The notes: a model not told the origin generated them from the sequence alone. 63,120 nt of DNA, filler included, from Octopus bimaculoides (GCF_001194135.2; 6 parts of 6 records of this genome joined end to end with filler, not necessarily neighbours in it), one strand, 5' to 3'; counted from the first letter of the whole stretch, positions 28,279-40,977 are shown. Program-made: numbers and translations.

Positions 28279-29156
28279 NNNNNNNNNNNNNNNNNNNNNN
28301 NNNNNNNNNNNNNNNNNNNNNNNNNNNNNNNNNNNNNNNNNNNNNNNNNNNNNNNNNNNNNNNNNNNNNNNNNNNNNNNNNNNNNNNNNNNNNNNNNNNN
28401 NNNNNNNNNNNNNNNNNNNNNNNNNNNNNNNNNNNNNNNNNNNNNNNNNNNNNNNNNNNNNNNNNNNNNNNNNNNNNNNNNNNNNNNNNNNNNNNNNNNN
28501 NNNNNNNNNNNNNNNNNNNNNNNNNNNNNNNNNNNNNNNNNNNNNNNNNNNNNNNNNNNNNNNNNNNNNNNNNNNNNNNNNNNNNNNNNNNNNNNNNNNN
28601 NNNNNNNNNNNNNNNNNNNNNNNNNNNNNNNNNNNNNNNNNNNNNNNNNNNNNNNNNNNNNNNNNNNNNNNNNNNNNNNNNNNNNNNNNNNNNNNNNNNN
28701 NNNNNNNNNNNNNNNNNNNNNNNNNNNNNNNNNNNNNNNNNNNNATATATATATATATACGATTAGAGGTTATGTTTGCCTCATGAAGGGATGGTGTCAT
28801 CCAAGGAAATACTGGTTCAATACCTAATATTCTGGGGGAATTAATTTTTTTTAAATATTAGGTATATATATATATATATATAGCCATATAGTTTATATTC
28901 ATTTAAAAGAAGAAAAAGAAATTGGAGATTTGGAAGTTAGTTATTAATTATTTATTATTAACAACAAATCAATCATTATCCATCATTGATTCGTTGTTGA
29001 CAATAAACAATTATCAACTTATCAATCTCCATTTTCTTTTTCTTCTCTTATATATACATATATATATATATATATATACGTATTGGTATAAAAGGAATTG
29101 GTATAAAAGACAGAAAACCAGCCAACTTATTACAGTCTGTTAAAGTCTGTCATACC

Positions 29157-29196
29157 GGCCATGACGAAGGGAAATAGCCCTGAAACTCGAGTCGCC
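29157..29196 (+). ncRNA. Minimal type I hammerhead-like motif with one extra nucleotide in the core
   Basis: ggc C a TGACGA aggg aaatag ccct GAAA c TCGA g TC gcc. Stems I, II and III all pair, loop III is palindromic, and the cleavage triplet is GUC (after 29193). Confidence 0.6.
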
Positions 29197-29831
29197 TTTA
29201 TATATTTATATTTATATATTTATATATTTGATCCTTTATATTGAACACTCATTCAATACTTTCTTTCATGGTGCCATCCATTTTTATTTTATTTTATTTT
29301 ATTTTATTTTATTTTATATTATATATTGTATATTCATATTNNNNNNNNNNNNNNNNNNNNNNNNNNNNNNNNNNNNNNNNNNNNNNNNNNNNNNNNNNNN
29401 NNNNNNNNNNNNNNNNNNNNNNNNNNNNNNNNNNNNNNNNNNNNNNNNNNNNNNNNNNNNNNNNNNNNNNNNNNNNNNNNNNNNNNNNNNNNNNNNNNNN
29501 NNNNNNNNNNNNNNNNNNNNNNNNNNNNNNNNNNNNNNNNNNNNNNNNNNNNNNNNNNNNNNNNNNNNNNNNNNNNNNNNNNNNNNNNNNNNNNNNNNNN
29601 NNNNNNNNNNNNNNNNNNNNNNNNNNNNNNNNNNNNNNNNNNNNNNNNNNNNNNNNNNNNNNNNNNNNNNNNNNNNNNNNNNNNNNNNNNNNNNNNNNNN
29701 NNNNNNNNNNNNNNNNNNNNNNNNNNNNNNNNNNNNNNNNNNNNNNNNNNNNNNNNNNNNNNNNNNNNNNNNNNNNNNNNNNNNNNNNNNNNNNNNNNNN
29801 NNNNNNNNNNNNNNNNNNNNNNNNNNNNNNN

Positions 29832-29878
<47 letters not shown>

Positions 29879-30039
29879 CACACACACACATGCACACACA
29901 CACACACTCGTCATGTCAAACAAAACCATGCCACGCGAACGTATATCCACACAACTGTGCATGGCTACCCCACCTCACATCATCGAAACAAACGCATACT
30001 AAAGAAACAAAACGTAAAATATAACACGACCTCGCAAAC

Positions 30040-30224
30040 TGTGGCCTTGTAGTAAGAAGCTTGCTTCACAACCACACGGTTCCAGCAGGTTCGGTGTCAC
30101 TGCGTGGCACCTCGGGCAAGTGTAGAAAGTGTCTTCTACTATAGCTTCGGACCGACCAAAGCCTTGTGAGTGGATTTAGGAGACAGAAACTGGAAGAAGC
30201 TCGTCGTGTGTATATATATATATA

Positions 30225-30266
<42 letters not shown>

Positions 30267-30498
30267 TGTGTGTGTGCGCGTATGTGTGTACGTGGGTGTG
30301 TGTTTGTCTCTCCACCATCGCTTGACAACTGGTGTTGGTGTGTTTACGACCCCGTAACTTCGTGGTTCGGCAAATGAGACCGAAGAATATGTACTAGGAT
30401 TACAAAGAATAAGTCCTGGGGTCAATTTCTTCGACTGAAACCTGTTAAGACGGTACTCCAGCATGGCCGCAGTAAAATGATTGACACAAGTAAAGGAG
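30040..30498 (+). mobile_element. SINE family B
   Basis: Same consensus as 6512-6958. Confidence 0.85.
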
Positions 30499-30704
30499 TA
30501 ACTATCAAATCACAGCATCACTACAACCACAGTTATCACATTGCGACATCAAACTACACCACAGCCACCATACATATCTCAGATCACGTCACTTCCAGCC
30601 GACTATAACACCACGCTTCATACCATTCCACTTAAGACCACCACCACCACTTCTATACTACAATATCACACCATGCTGACCACCAATACCAACACTATTC
30701 GACT

Positions 30705-31400
30705 TATGATCGTAAGGTCACAAGTTCGATTTCCTGACAGTGCATTGTGCCCCCTTGAGCAAGACACTTTATTTCACGTTGCCTTAGTTCATTTAATTGG
30801 CAAAAATGAGTTGTACCTGCAATTTAAAGGGCCAGCCTTGTCGTGTTCTGTGTCACGCTGAATCTCCCCGAGAACCACGTTAATGGTACACATAGGCGCA
30901 GGAGTGGCTCTGTGGTAAGTAGCTTGCTTACCAACCACATGGTTTCGGGTTCAATCCCACTGCGTGGCAACTTGGGCAAGTGTCTTCTACTATAGCCTCG
31001 GGCCGACCAAAGCCTTGTGAGTGGATTTGGTAGACGGAAACTGAAAGAAGCCCGTCGTATATATGTATTTGTATATGTATATATATGTGTGTGTTTGTGT
31101 TTCTGTGTTTGTCCTCCCAACATCGCTTGACAACCGATGCTGGTGTGTTTATGTCCCCGTAACTTAGCGGTTTAGCAAAAGACACCGATAGAATAAGTAC
31201 TAGGCTTACAAAGAATAATTCCTGGGGTCGATTTGCTCGACTAAAGGCGCTGCTCCAGCATGGCCGCAGTCAAATGAGTGAAACGAGTGAAAGAGTAAAT
31301 GTCTGCGGAGTGCTCAGCTACTTACACGTTAATTTCACGTGCAGGCTGTTCCGTTGATTTGATCAACTTGAAAACTTGTCGTAACCGACTGAGAACCAGG
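30705..31400 (+). mobile_element. Older family-A-related SINE split by a family B insertion
   Basis: ..ccccgagaaccacgttaatggtacacat (30891) resumes as gtctgcggagtgctcagctacttacacgttaatttcacg (31301). Confidence 0.75.
30893..31298 (+). mobile_element. SINE family B, young and full length, nested in a family-A-like SINE
   Basis: aggcgcaggagtggctctgtggtaag ... gaaacgagtgaaagagtaa. Confidence 0.9.
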
Positions 31401-32031
31401 ACTTGCTAGAACGCCCCATCGTGATACAGCACAACCAATCCTCTAATCTTCTTCAACATTACATCTTCAATCCACCAGATTCAAACTATAGCTTCAACGC
31501 CACATCACCACACCAGCACTATTTATACCAATGCGATGGAATATACACAGCCCCCCAAAGACCGATTGAATCCTCAGCCTATTTTCTTGTAAAAGTTTGT
31601 TTGCTTTTCTCTGCCCTTTCATTTCTACCTTATTGTTAAACATTCATTCATTTCCCCCTTCTCTCTTATCTATATTCATTCGTTCGTTTGTTTCTTTCTT
31701 TCATTGTTTCTTACTTTCTTTCTATCGTTCCTGTTTTATTTTAATTATATTTCTTTATTCAATTCTGTATAGCTTATTAAAGTTTCAACAATGAGTGCAG
31801 TGACTGTTGTTAGGCGAGAATGTAAACCAAATAATTACGTTTCGCGGCTCTCATTATAATGAAATCTTAATATCTTTTACAAGTCATTTAATGTTAATGA
31901 ATATACGTATAATTATACAATATACACACTGGAAAATGTATACATAGTACAAAGACGCAGGTTTACATATGCCTACACGTATGTATGTGCAAGTACAATA
32001 TATGCGCGTATGTGTGCGCATGTGTGTACAC

Positions 32032-32065
<34 letters not shown>

Positions 32066-32098
32066 CCACTTATAGATATATATATGTGTGTGTGTGTG

Positions 32099-32140
<42 letters not shown>

Positions 32141-32292
32141 TTTATAGATATACGTATATATGTGTGTGCATGTATGTGTATATATGTGTATATTAATTAC
32201 CCAAAGCACTAAACAAATGATTTGGATAACTTGAAATGTATAGGATTTCCTTTTGTATTAACGTGAATGCACACACACACACGCACACACGC

Positions 32293-32385
<93 letters not shown>

Positions 32386-32427
32386 TGTTTGACTGTATAC
32401 ACAGCTATGTACGGACACCTGACTCAC

Positions 32428-32555
32428 GTTGTTTACACTTTGATGTCAATGTTCTGTTTGAGTCTTTGGCAAATGATTTCGATTAGTGTCTGACACATCC
32501 ATGCAGTCGTTGATGTTTTTGATACTCTGTCATCTAGTACCGCCTTTTACACTGA
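32428..32555 (-). other. Candidate alternative first or non-coding exon
   Basis: Protostome-type initiator TCAGT at 32555-32551 and a strong donor aac|GTGAGT at 32427-32422. Unique sequence with no long ORF; two short upstream ATG-stop ORFs. Confidence 0.3.
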
Positions 32556-32810
32556 TTTATTGGAGCAAGGCGCAGTGAGAGCGAACAGCTTAAAGAGACG
32601 TAGGGTCGAATGACAACTGGGCCTGTCTACGATGTGATCTAAGTGCAATCTGAGCTTGTAGTCGCTAGGTGTATGTATGTATGTATGTATGTGTATGCAT
32701 GTGTGTAAGATTTTATAAATATATGTTAATGTATAGTGTATCTATTATATGTATACTATCTAAATGTGTGTACGTTTATAAGCATAGAAGTATCCTGTAC
32801 ATGTGTTTAT

Positions 32811-32845
<35 letters not shown>

Positions 32846-32854
32846 CATCGGGAC

Positions 32855-32891
32855 GTCGATGACTGCTATAAAGCAGGAAAGTATACTAGAC
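32855..32891 (+). ncRNA. Decayed minimal hammerhead-like motif
   Basis: gtc [ct missing]GATGA ctgct ataa agcag GAAA g TATA c TA gac. The downstream AT-rich tract shares cattcaatactt.tttcat with the tract after 29196. Confidence 0.45.
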
Positions 32892-33289
32892 CTTATATAT
32901 TTAATACTCAATATTTCATATATTCAGTAAGACATTCAATACTTCATTTCATTTTACTATTTATATTATATATTCCATATTCTATATTCCACATTAGTTT
33001 TATAAGAATATAAATAAAACATAAAGAACAGACAGAGTTGGAACTCTTTTAAATAATATATATATATATATATATATAAAAAAAAACATATATATATACA
33101 CACTTTATTAGTAAAGCGTATTACTCTACCCCCAGTATTCCAGTACTATTTTCCCCCACCTTGTTTCACATTTATGTGCTTTCTCAAAACCTCTACAAAT
33201 AACTCCAACTAGATAAAACTCACTGTATGTAGATGATACCACTTGTTGTCGAAAATGGGGATCATCATAAGCTTCCCAATGCACTTACT

Positions 33290-33662
33290 TTGCCGGACCC
33301 CTTGTACCAGTCAAATCAGATACTCGGATCATACAAGTTAATCCATAAGCAGTCCGGGGTATTTCATATATTTCTGTAGCGTTTTTGCCCGGTTTAACAC
33401 AAAACTTAATTGTATAGCGAGTTTCCAAATTGTTTCCATGCACCGACTGCATTCTGCAAACTAGTCAGCTGTGATAGGCAGCTTTTAGTAGGAAGTGTTC
33501 AAAGTGCTGTTACAACTGTCTCCTTCAATCTGTAATAACAAAAGTTAACAAGTCAGCTTATTAGATGTATAGTAATGATATACTAAAATTACAATAATCT
33601 AGGACAGTATTAACAGCCTTTCCTAAAAAAAATATCTCAAAACTTCTGGAATGTCTCTTGTA
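33290..33662 (-). mobile_element. mariner 5' end (TIR plus N-terminal HTH remnant)
   Basis: TA|CAAGAGACATTCCAGAAGTTTTGAGA terminus; ETRYTIKFCVKPGKNATEIYEIPRTAYG. Confidence 0.7.
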
Positions 33663-33689
33663 TATTATGTGTATACTATTTACTCTCTT

Positions 33690-33863
33690 TTACTCTTTTA
33701 CTTGTTTCAGTCATCTGACTGCGGCCATGCTGGAGCACCGCATTTAGTCGAGCAAATCGACCCCAGGACTTATTCTTTGTAAGCCTAGTACTTATTCTAT
33801 CGGTCTCTTTTGCCGAAATGCGAAGTTACGGGGACGTAAACACACCAACATCGGTTGTCAAGT
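33690..33863 (-). mobile_element. SINE family B 3' half
   Basis: tactcttttacttgtttcagtcat..cggttgtcaag; abuts the Dong RT fragment. Confidence 0.85.
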
Positions 33864-33864
33864 A

Positions 33865-34265
33865 GACCAATGAATGCAATATTCTCGGCAATTCCTAAGG
33901 ACTTGTAGTAATCATCGTTGGCAGGATGAGAGATAGCCAGGTATACATATTCGTATACGTATTCCATTAGTCTACAATCTTTCCTGGTCGACAATCTTTC
34001 CTTGATTAAATACAAAATATGGTCTCACTCCATTACTATGTCTTGCAAGAATGTTGTAACCAGTTCTGTTTCTTAGTGTCGTGAATATTACATGAGAACA
34101 GTTTATATTCATCAACAACAACAAATGTGTGTAAATTCAACTTTTTTCTCCTCGGCAGATCCTATCAGGTAGCCTTTGTATTTCCTCAACAAGGCTGACA
34201 AAGGATTCACTGCTAGGGTGAAAGTCATTATATACAAGCTAAAATATTCTGTTAATGGCTCTAAT
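33865..34265 (-). mobile_element. R4/Dong-clade LINE RT core fragment
   Basis: FTLAVNPLSALLRKYKGYLIG; a degenerate TH..F.DD.KL region; LVTTFLQDIVME; GKIV; DDYYKSLGIAE. Confidence 0.65.
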
Positions 34266-34565
34266 AGTAGCTTCGATCGTGTCGATCGTGATGTCTCATT
34301 AAGGTTTCGGCTATATTAGTTGGAATTTTCACAAAGAGTAGTGACTCTCTCATCTATGTGTAAAATCTCTTCTCTCAGTATAGCCTCGCAGTCAGTAGCT
34401 TTCGGTAGTGTTGTTTTGTTTCCTTGATGACAGCTTTGTTGCTGAGGAGATGGTGAGTACAACTCAAAAGCATTTACTTCCTTCTTCCTGTTCATCAATT
34501 CCCATGTTGTTTCTTTCGCAGTGATCCTGGAGAATGCATTCAAACCACACTTGTATAGATTATAA

Positions 34566-34823
34566 CAGTTTCTCAACCGTTTTTCTTTATCTATGAATCC
34601 TTTAGATTCCTATTTTTCTCTATAAGACCCTCGTAGCCATTTGATTTAAAAAAAATTCTCAGTATATTTTAATGATTTAATAATATTAGGAACTGTATAG
34701 AAAAAAATTGTTAAAATATTTTGTGTATTGTAGAAGTGTGACCAATTTATTGCACATAGTTTTTAACAACAAAATCTTGTATGGACCCCCAAGGGTCATG
34801 TGGACCCCACTTGAGAACCACTG
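34566..34823. mobile_element. hAT-type MITE
   Basis: Ends cagt--ttctcaa and ttgagaaccactg; 8-bp TSD gattataa/aattataa (7/8); internal ggacccc motifs. A related end lies at about 38280. Confidence 0.7.
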
Positions 34824-35068
34824 AATTATAAAAGTGTTCTTTTATTCATATCTGGAAATTTTACTTATTGAAATTTGTAATAGACCTAAATAAATTTAAT
34901 TTGTTGTACTTTTAAAGATGTTCTTTAGGATAACATGAAATATCGAACTTCAGATAGAATAAAGTAAAATATAGCTATGAATAAAAGGTGCGTAGATTAT
35001 GAATTTTGATTGAAGGGATGAGGCCTCGAAACAAAAAATTGCAGAAACTAAAAGTCACGCGACAGAAC

Positions 35069-35107
<39 letters not shown>

Positions 35108-36539
35108 AAGACAAAATAATCGAAGCATCTTGCTAGATGGAAGTTTTATTTAAAACGGAAATAAGGCGTTCTGAGTTCAAATTTCGCTGAAGCCGACCTC
35201 TGCCTTTCCACCTTTCTGTGTTGATAAAATAAATACTAGTTGCGCACTGGAGTCGACGTATTCGATCTCCTCACGCCTCAAATTAGCCGGCCTTGCGCCA
35301 AAATAAGAAATGGTTATTATCGTTGCTTGACATTGTCGTGTGGTTACTGTTAGATACTTCATTGCTAATAGCGTTGCTGTCACTGCTGCTTTTGACAATA
35401 TCGTTTTCATTGTTGTCACTATTACTGTTATGGTTGCAATTACTGTTGTTGTTAGAATTGCTATTTCTGTTGCTATTATTATTATTATTATTATATTTAT
35501 AACATTATCATCGTTGTAATTGCTCTTATTGTGCCGTTATATCGAACATTATGTTTGTTGTCTTAGTTATATGCTATTATTGTAGATCATTCACTTCTCT
35601 GTTATTACGATTATTCTGTTTATATTGCTATCTCTATTATTACCCTTGTTACTGTAGTTATTACCGTTGTTGTTGATGATGCTGATGATGATATTATTGC
35701 CCCTGTCATTATAGTTTTGATTATTGTTGTTCTCGTTATTCGTGATTTTCTTTCAGATTCTCATTTTCGTTTATTTATTTATCCATCAGTCGTAAACATT
35801 TTTTGTTGTTTCGTTAATGTTGCTCAATATATTTGTTAATGTTTTTCATCTTAATTTTTTTTTTTTTGTTAAATAATTTCAATAAATGTTGTGTTGATGT
35901 TCATGTCAATGTTGTTGTTGTTGTTATGGGAGATGGGATTATTAATGCAATACGTTGCTGTTTTAATTGTTTGAAATAATTTTACTGTTTCTCTTGCAGT
36001 TTTTGTTATCTTTGATGACTTAGCTATAATAAGCTTCCATGATAGCTATTGATAAGACTATTATGAACGTTGTAGTTGCTGTCGTTTTTCTTACAACAGT
36101 AGTGATTGTAACAATACTTTATGTAGCTGTAATTGTAGTCGTTGTTATAATTATCATTATTGTTGTTGTCGGTGTTGTTAACATTACTGAACATTATTAT
36201 TGCTACCAAATCACACAGTTTCCGGAAGCCATGCGAGGAAAAGCCATTATGTGTTCAAAATTTAATTGTCATAACTAAACAAATCGCAGCTATTCTCTCA
36301 TAAAACTCACAGAGTCTGCAATATATGACATCAAGTGTTGCTATATTCTATCTTAAACCTCACACAGTATGCAATATGACGTTAAGTGGGCATGTGCAGT
36401 TTTTTTTTGTTTTTTGTCTTTGTTCCGGGACAGTTCTTCAACAGTGAAAATATGTCGAAATAAATATTTTCCACATTGAATTTCGTAAAAATTGAAATAT
36501 TGAAATGTTTTGTTAATATTTGTTTCCTTTGTATATATG

Positions 36540-36571
<32 letters not shown>

Positions 36572-36843
36572 TNNNNNNNNNNNNNNNNNNNNNNNNNNNN
36601 NNNNNNNNNNNNNNNNNNNNNNNNNNNNNNNNNNNNNNNNNNNNNNNNNNNNNNNNNNNNNNNNNNNNNNNNNNNNNNNNNNNNNNNNNNNNNNNNNNNN
36701 NNNNNNNNNNNNNNNNNNNNNNNNNNNNNNNNNNNNNNNNNNNNNNNNNNNNNNNNNNNNNNNNNNNNNNNNNNNNNNNNNNNNNNNNNNNNNNNNNNNN
36801 NNNNNNNNNNNNNNNNNNNNNNNNNNNNNNNNNNNNNNNNNNN

Positions 36844-36876
<33 letters not shown>

Positions 36877-36924
36877 CCACACAGAAATATATCCACGCAA
36901 ACACTCATATACATACACATGCAC

Positions 36925-36955
<31 letters not shown>

Positions 36956-37476
36956 CACATATATGGATGCATATATATGTATATATATGTTGTGCAGATA
37001 TGTGTGCGTGAATACATTTATATTTATTGATATGTATGTTTCTATTATTTAAGCGCACACATATGTATCCACATACGCGCGCACACGCACTAATACACAC
37101 ATTTAGATGTTTTAAAGCGAACGATCAAAAATTCAGCGGCAAAGCCTACGTAGATTTCAAGACAATAAAACAAATTACCACGAGACTTCTGACGTAGAAG
37201 CGTAACTGACAAAAAAATATATTTGGCGGTAAATTGTAGAAAATTTGACTAATATCAAAGAAACAACACAGAAGCCAGATATATGTCATATCCTGAATAT
37301 GAGACTTGAAGATATGGAAACGTTGATTATGGAACTAGTAACCTCATTGTTCAGACTGCAAGAACTTTATACGAAAATACGAAAAATTTGTAATTTAATT
37401 ATAAAACTGGAACATAGTCGTGATTTTAATTGAACACACACACATACACTTTCACAAGCAGATATAGTTTTCAAAG

Positions 37477-37614
37477 CTGGAGCTCGAAGTAGATAAAGCT
37501 ATAGATGATAGAGTGTTAATATTGCGTTAAAAAACCCTTTTGACCGAAAAAATTCGAAGGCTACTTTCGATTTATTTAATTCAAAGGATTAGCTTTATCT
37601 ACTTTGAGCTCCAG
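37477..37614. repeat. 25-bp inverted repeat with 88-bp spacer (MITE-like)
   Basis: ctggagctcgaagtagataaagcta / tagctttatctactttgagctccag, 24/25 match. Confidence 0.7.
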
Positions 37615-38951
37615 TTCCACCGATAATAGCGTATCATTCGACGTCCTTTCAAGTTTTTAAATTCTAATTATGTAAACAGTATACATATGTGTGTGTGTGT
37701 GTGTGTGTGTGCTCTGCGCAGGATCTACCTGGAATTTTAACAAACAACAAATCAGTAATGTAATCAAATGAACTCCGAAGTGACTACTGTGCAAACGTTT
37801 CTCCCAAAACATATATTTATTTCTTTATTGCCCAAAAGGGGCTAAACATAGAGGGGACAAACAAGGAATTAAGTCGATTACATTGACTCTAGTGCATAAC
37901 TGGTACTTATTTAATCAACCCCGAAAGGATGAAAGGCAAAGTCGAGCTTGGCGGAATTTGAACGCAGATCGTAGCGGTAAACGAAATACCGCTAAGCATT
38001 TCGCCCGGCGTGCTAACGATTCTGCCAGCTCGCCGCCCGTAAACATATATTACCAAAATATATACTACCAGTGAAACTGTTCAGACTGTTTCACAAATCT
38101 ACTGGGAGAGGCCTAACAGTTGGTTATGGGAAAAGAGAACCTGAGTCCTAGAGGCCGAACGTGGTTGGCATTTACAAAGCAACTATAAACGTTTATTGAC
38201 GATTGCATCAACTAAAAGTTACGAGTTACAGCGAAAAACAACAGGCCGACGATCTGCATGAATGTGATATTATAATTCAATGGTTCTCAACTGGGGTCCA
38301 CATGTAAGACAAACATGGCGGACTTTTCTCTTCGTGAAATCTTCAATCAATTCAGAATAAACAAGCTGAGAGCTAACTTCATGTTCAATAGATATCATAG
38401 ACAATCCACAAAGTCTGGTACACGTTCGTGGTACAATGTAATATTTTTACAAGACCATTTGCAGCTACAATGTATTACCATTTTATTTCCGAAATTTTCA
38501 GTTAACATAGTTTAATTCTTGTTCAACATATTAACGAAAGTAAATAGATGACTTATCTACATACTTTGATCTCAACTGCGGAGGCCCCTTACGACTGCAG
38601 AGGTTACGGGGGCTTAGCGACGACCCTGCACTGTTACGTTACATACTACTAGCATACATTAATGGTTGGATGGAGGGATGGACATTGGTCTTCTCTGAAT
38701 GTATAGGTCCTGAAAATTTCTCCCTGCTAGCTGGCGTACTAGTATTAAGAGTAATCAGCTAAAATACTTGGACATTTTCTTTCTTAAGGGCTTCCCAAAC
38801 TTGCAACTGAAATTCGAACTCAGAATGCAGAGACCCAGAAGAATTACCACATAATTCCTTTACTACACTCTAAGAATTTTATTAATTCGCTCCAGATAGT
38901 CTAGCTTTAGGTAATTAACAAATATCTTTGCTAGTTGTTAGTATTGGAAGA

Positions 38952-39286
38952 TTGGAGGCGCAATGATTAGGGCAGCGGACTCGTGGCCATAGGATCGCGG
39001 TTTCGATTCCCAGACCGGGTGTTGTGAGTGTTTATTGAGCGAAAACACCTAAAAGCTCCACGAGGCTCCGGCAGGGGATGGTGGCGAACACTGCTGTACT
39101 CTTTCACCACAACTTTCTCTCACTCTTTCTTCCTGTTTCTGTTGTGCCTGTAATTCAAAGGGTCAGCCTTGTCACACTGTGTCACGCTGAATATCCCCGA
39201 GAACTACGTTAAGGGTACACGTTAATTTCACGAGCAGGCTGTTCCCTTGATCGGCTGAAGCGACGGAGTGCCAACAACAACAACAA
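38952..39286 (+). mobile_element. SINE family A with internal deletions
   Basis: Same head, body and (CAA)n tail as 1151-1541; TSD-like gtattggaag / gtactggagg. Confidence 0.85.
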
Positions 39287-39675
39287 GTACTGGAGGCAGA
39301 CATAATGCTCATATCCTTCTCGTTCTTCAAAAGTCTTTGTGGTTTATGACGTTTATATTCCGGCTGATAACAGCAAAAAAGACATAAGCAGAGAGAAAAT
39401 TTCAGAAAACAGAAGTTCAGTGGTGTAGAGGATTGAAGAGGTTGAATACAACTAACTATAAAGGGGAGTAGGAGAAAATGTGGAATCAGAATCTGAGAGT
39501 ATTAAATACGAGAATTGTCAACCGCAAACAGCAGTAAGAGAGGAATTTCGAGAAGACAGCTTGTAAATAAGCCAGATATTGAAGTGTATCTGTCTGTAAC
39601 TTTATGCCAATCTGTCACATAGCTTTCTACTCGTATCTAAAATTCTGACCGTGTTTTTTTTTAACTCATGTAATC

Positions 39676-39932
39676 ACAGAAATTATCTGCAGTCCATCGG
39701 AGGGCCGGTTTGTTGTGCGATGGTGGACGCAATCCGTGGCTTTTGTTTGATATGAACCTTTTCAGGATTTCTGTGATTGATGAGAAGAAGGAGTTACATC
39801 AGATCGGAAACAAAATAGTCCCTACTAATATTTACCGAAGGGCCAAGCCAAGTCATATCAAACAAAAGCCACGGATTGCGTCCACCATCGCACAACAAAC
39901 CGGCCCTCCGATGGACTGCAGATAATTTCTGT
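39676..39932. repeat. Perfect 80-bp inverted repeat with 97-bp spacer
   Basis: 39676-39755 is the exact reverse complement of 39853-39932 (checked base by base). Confidence 0.95.
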
Positions 39933-40142
39933 CCACCAAATTCCTTTCAAAACAATTTGACAAACATGTGGCTTTGGTTGTAAGATGCCTATCCAAGATC
40001 CAATCAATCAATTGACACTTCTTGGACGTGTTTCTGCTTCCAAAGCGGTAATTTCTATTTTTACTAAGTCATTTCCATATCCATTTCGCCGTTGCTATCT
40101 TTGTTCTTTTTGCGTTCCTGTTGCTATCATCATATTTATCAT

Positions 40143-40977
40143 TACTCTTTACTCTTTTACTTGTTTCAGTCATTTGACTGTAGCCATGCTGGAGCACCGC
40201 CTTTAGTCGAGCAAATCGACCCCAGGACTTATTCTTTGTAAGCCTAGTACTTATCCTATCGGTCTCTTTAGCCGAACCGCTAAGTTACGGGGACGTAAAC
40301 ACACCAGCATCGGTTGTCAAGTGATGTTGAGGGGGACAAACACAGACACACAAACATATACACACACATATATATTTATATACATATACACGACGGGCTT
40401 CTTTCAGTTTCCGTCTACCAAATCTACTCACAAGGCTTTGGTCGGCCTGAGGCTATAGTAGAAGACACTTGCTCAAGATGCCACGCAGTGGGCTTGAACC
40501 CGGAACCATGTGGTTGGTAAGAAAGCTACTTACCACACAGCCACTCCTACACCTACATTACTCTTTTACTCTTTTATTTGTTTCAGTCATTTGACTGTGG
40601 CCATGCTGGAGCACCGCCTTTAGTCCAGCAAACCGACTCCAGGACTTATTCTTTGTAAGCCTAGTACTTATTCTATCCTTCTCTTTTTGCCGAAACGCTA
40701 AGTTACGGGGACGTAAACGCACCAGCATCGGTTGTCAAGTGATGTTGGGAGGGGGGGACAAACAGACTCACAAACATATACACACACATACATATATATA
40801 TATACATATATACGACGGGCTTCTTTCAGTTTCCGTCTTCTAAATCTACTCACAAGGCATTGGTCGGCCTGAGGCAATAGTAGAAGACACTTGCCCGAGG
40901 TGCCACGCAGTGGGCTTGAACCCGGAACCATGTGGTTGGTAAGCAAGCTACTTACCACACAGCCATTCCTACAGCTA
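40143..40977 (-). mobile_element. Head-to-tail tandem pair of SINE family B (40143-40556 and 40559-40977)
   Basis: Two complete copies; all three junctions read catt/att. Confidence 0.9.

Noticed and set aside
28820-28865. 12-bp inverted repeat atacctaatatt / aatattaggtat
   Set aside because: Short and AT-rich; compatible with chance or MITE debris.
33289-33529. Apparent minus-strand exon with a good acceptor and donor
   Set aside because: The sequence is the 5' part of a mariner remnant.
38315-38515. 66-aa ORF with a good-looking aacATGG start
   Set aside because: Short, adjacent to a hAT MITE end, and without domain or splice support.
39778-39825. ttgatga...gaaac...gtc hammerhead-like string in the spacer of the perfect inverted repeat
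   Set aside because: Stems I and II do not pair.
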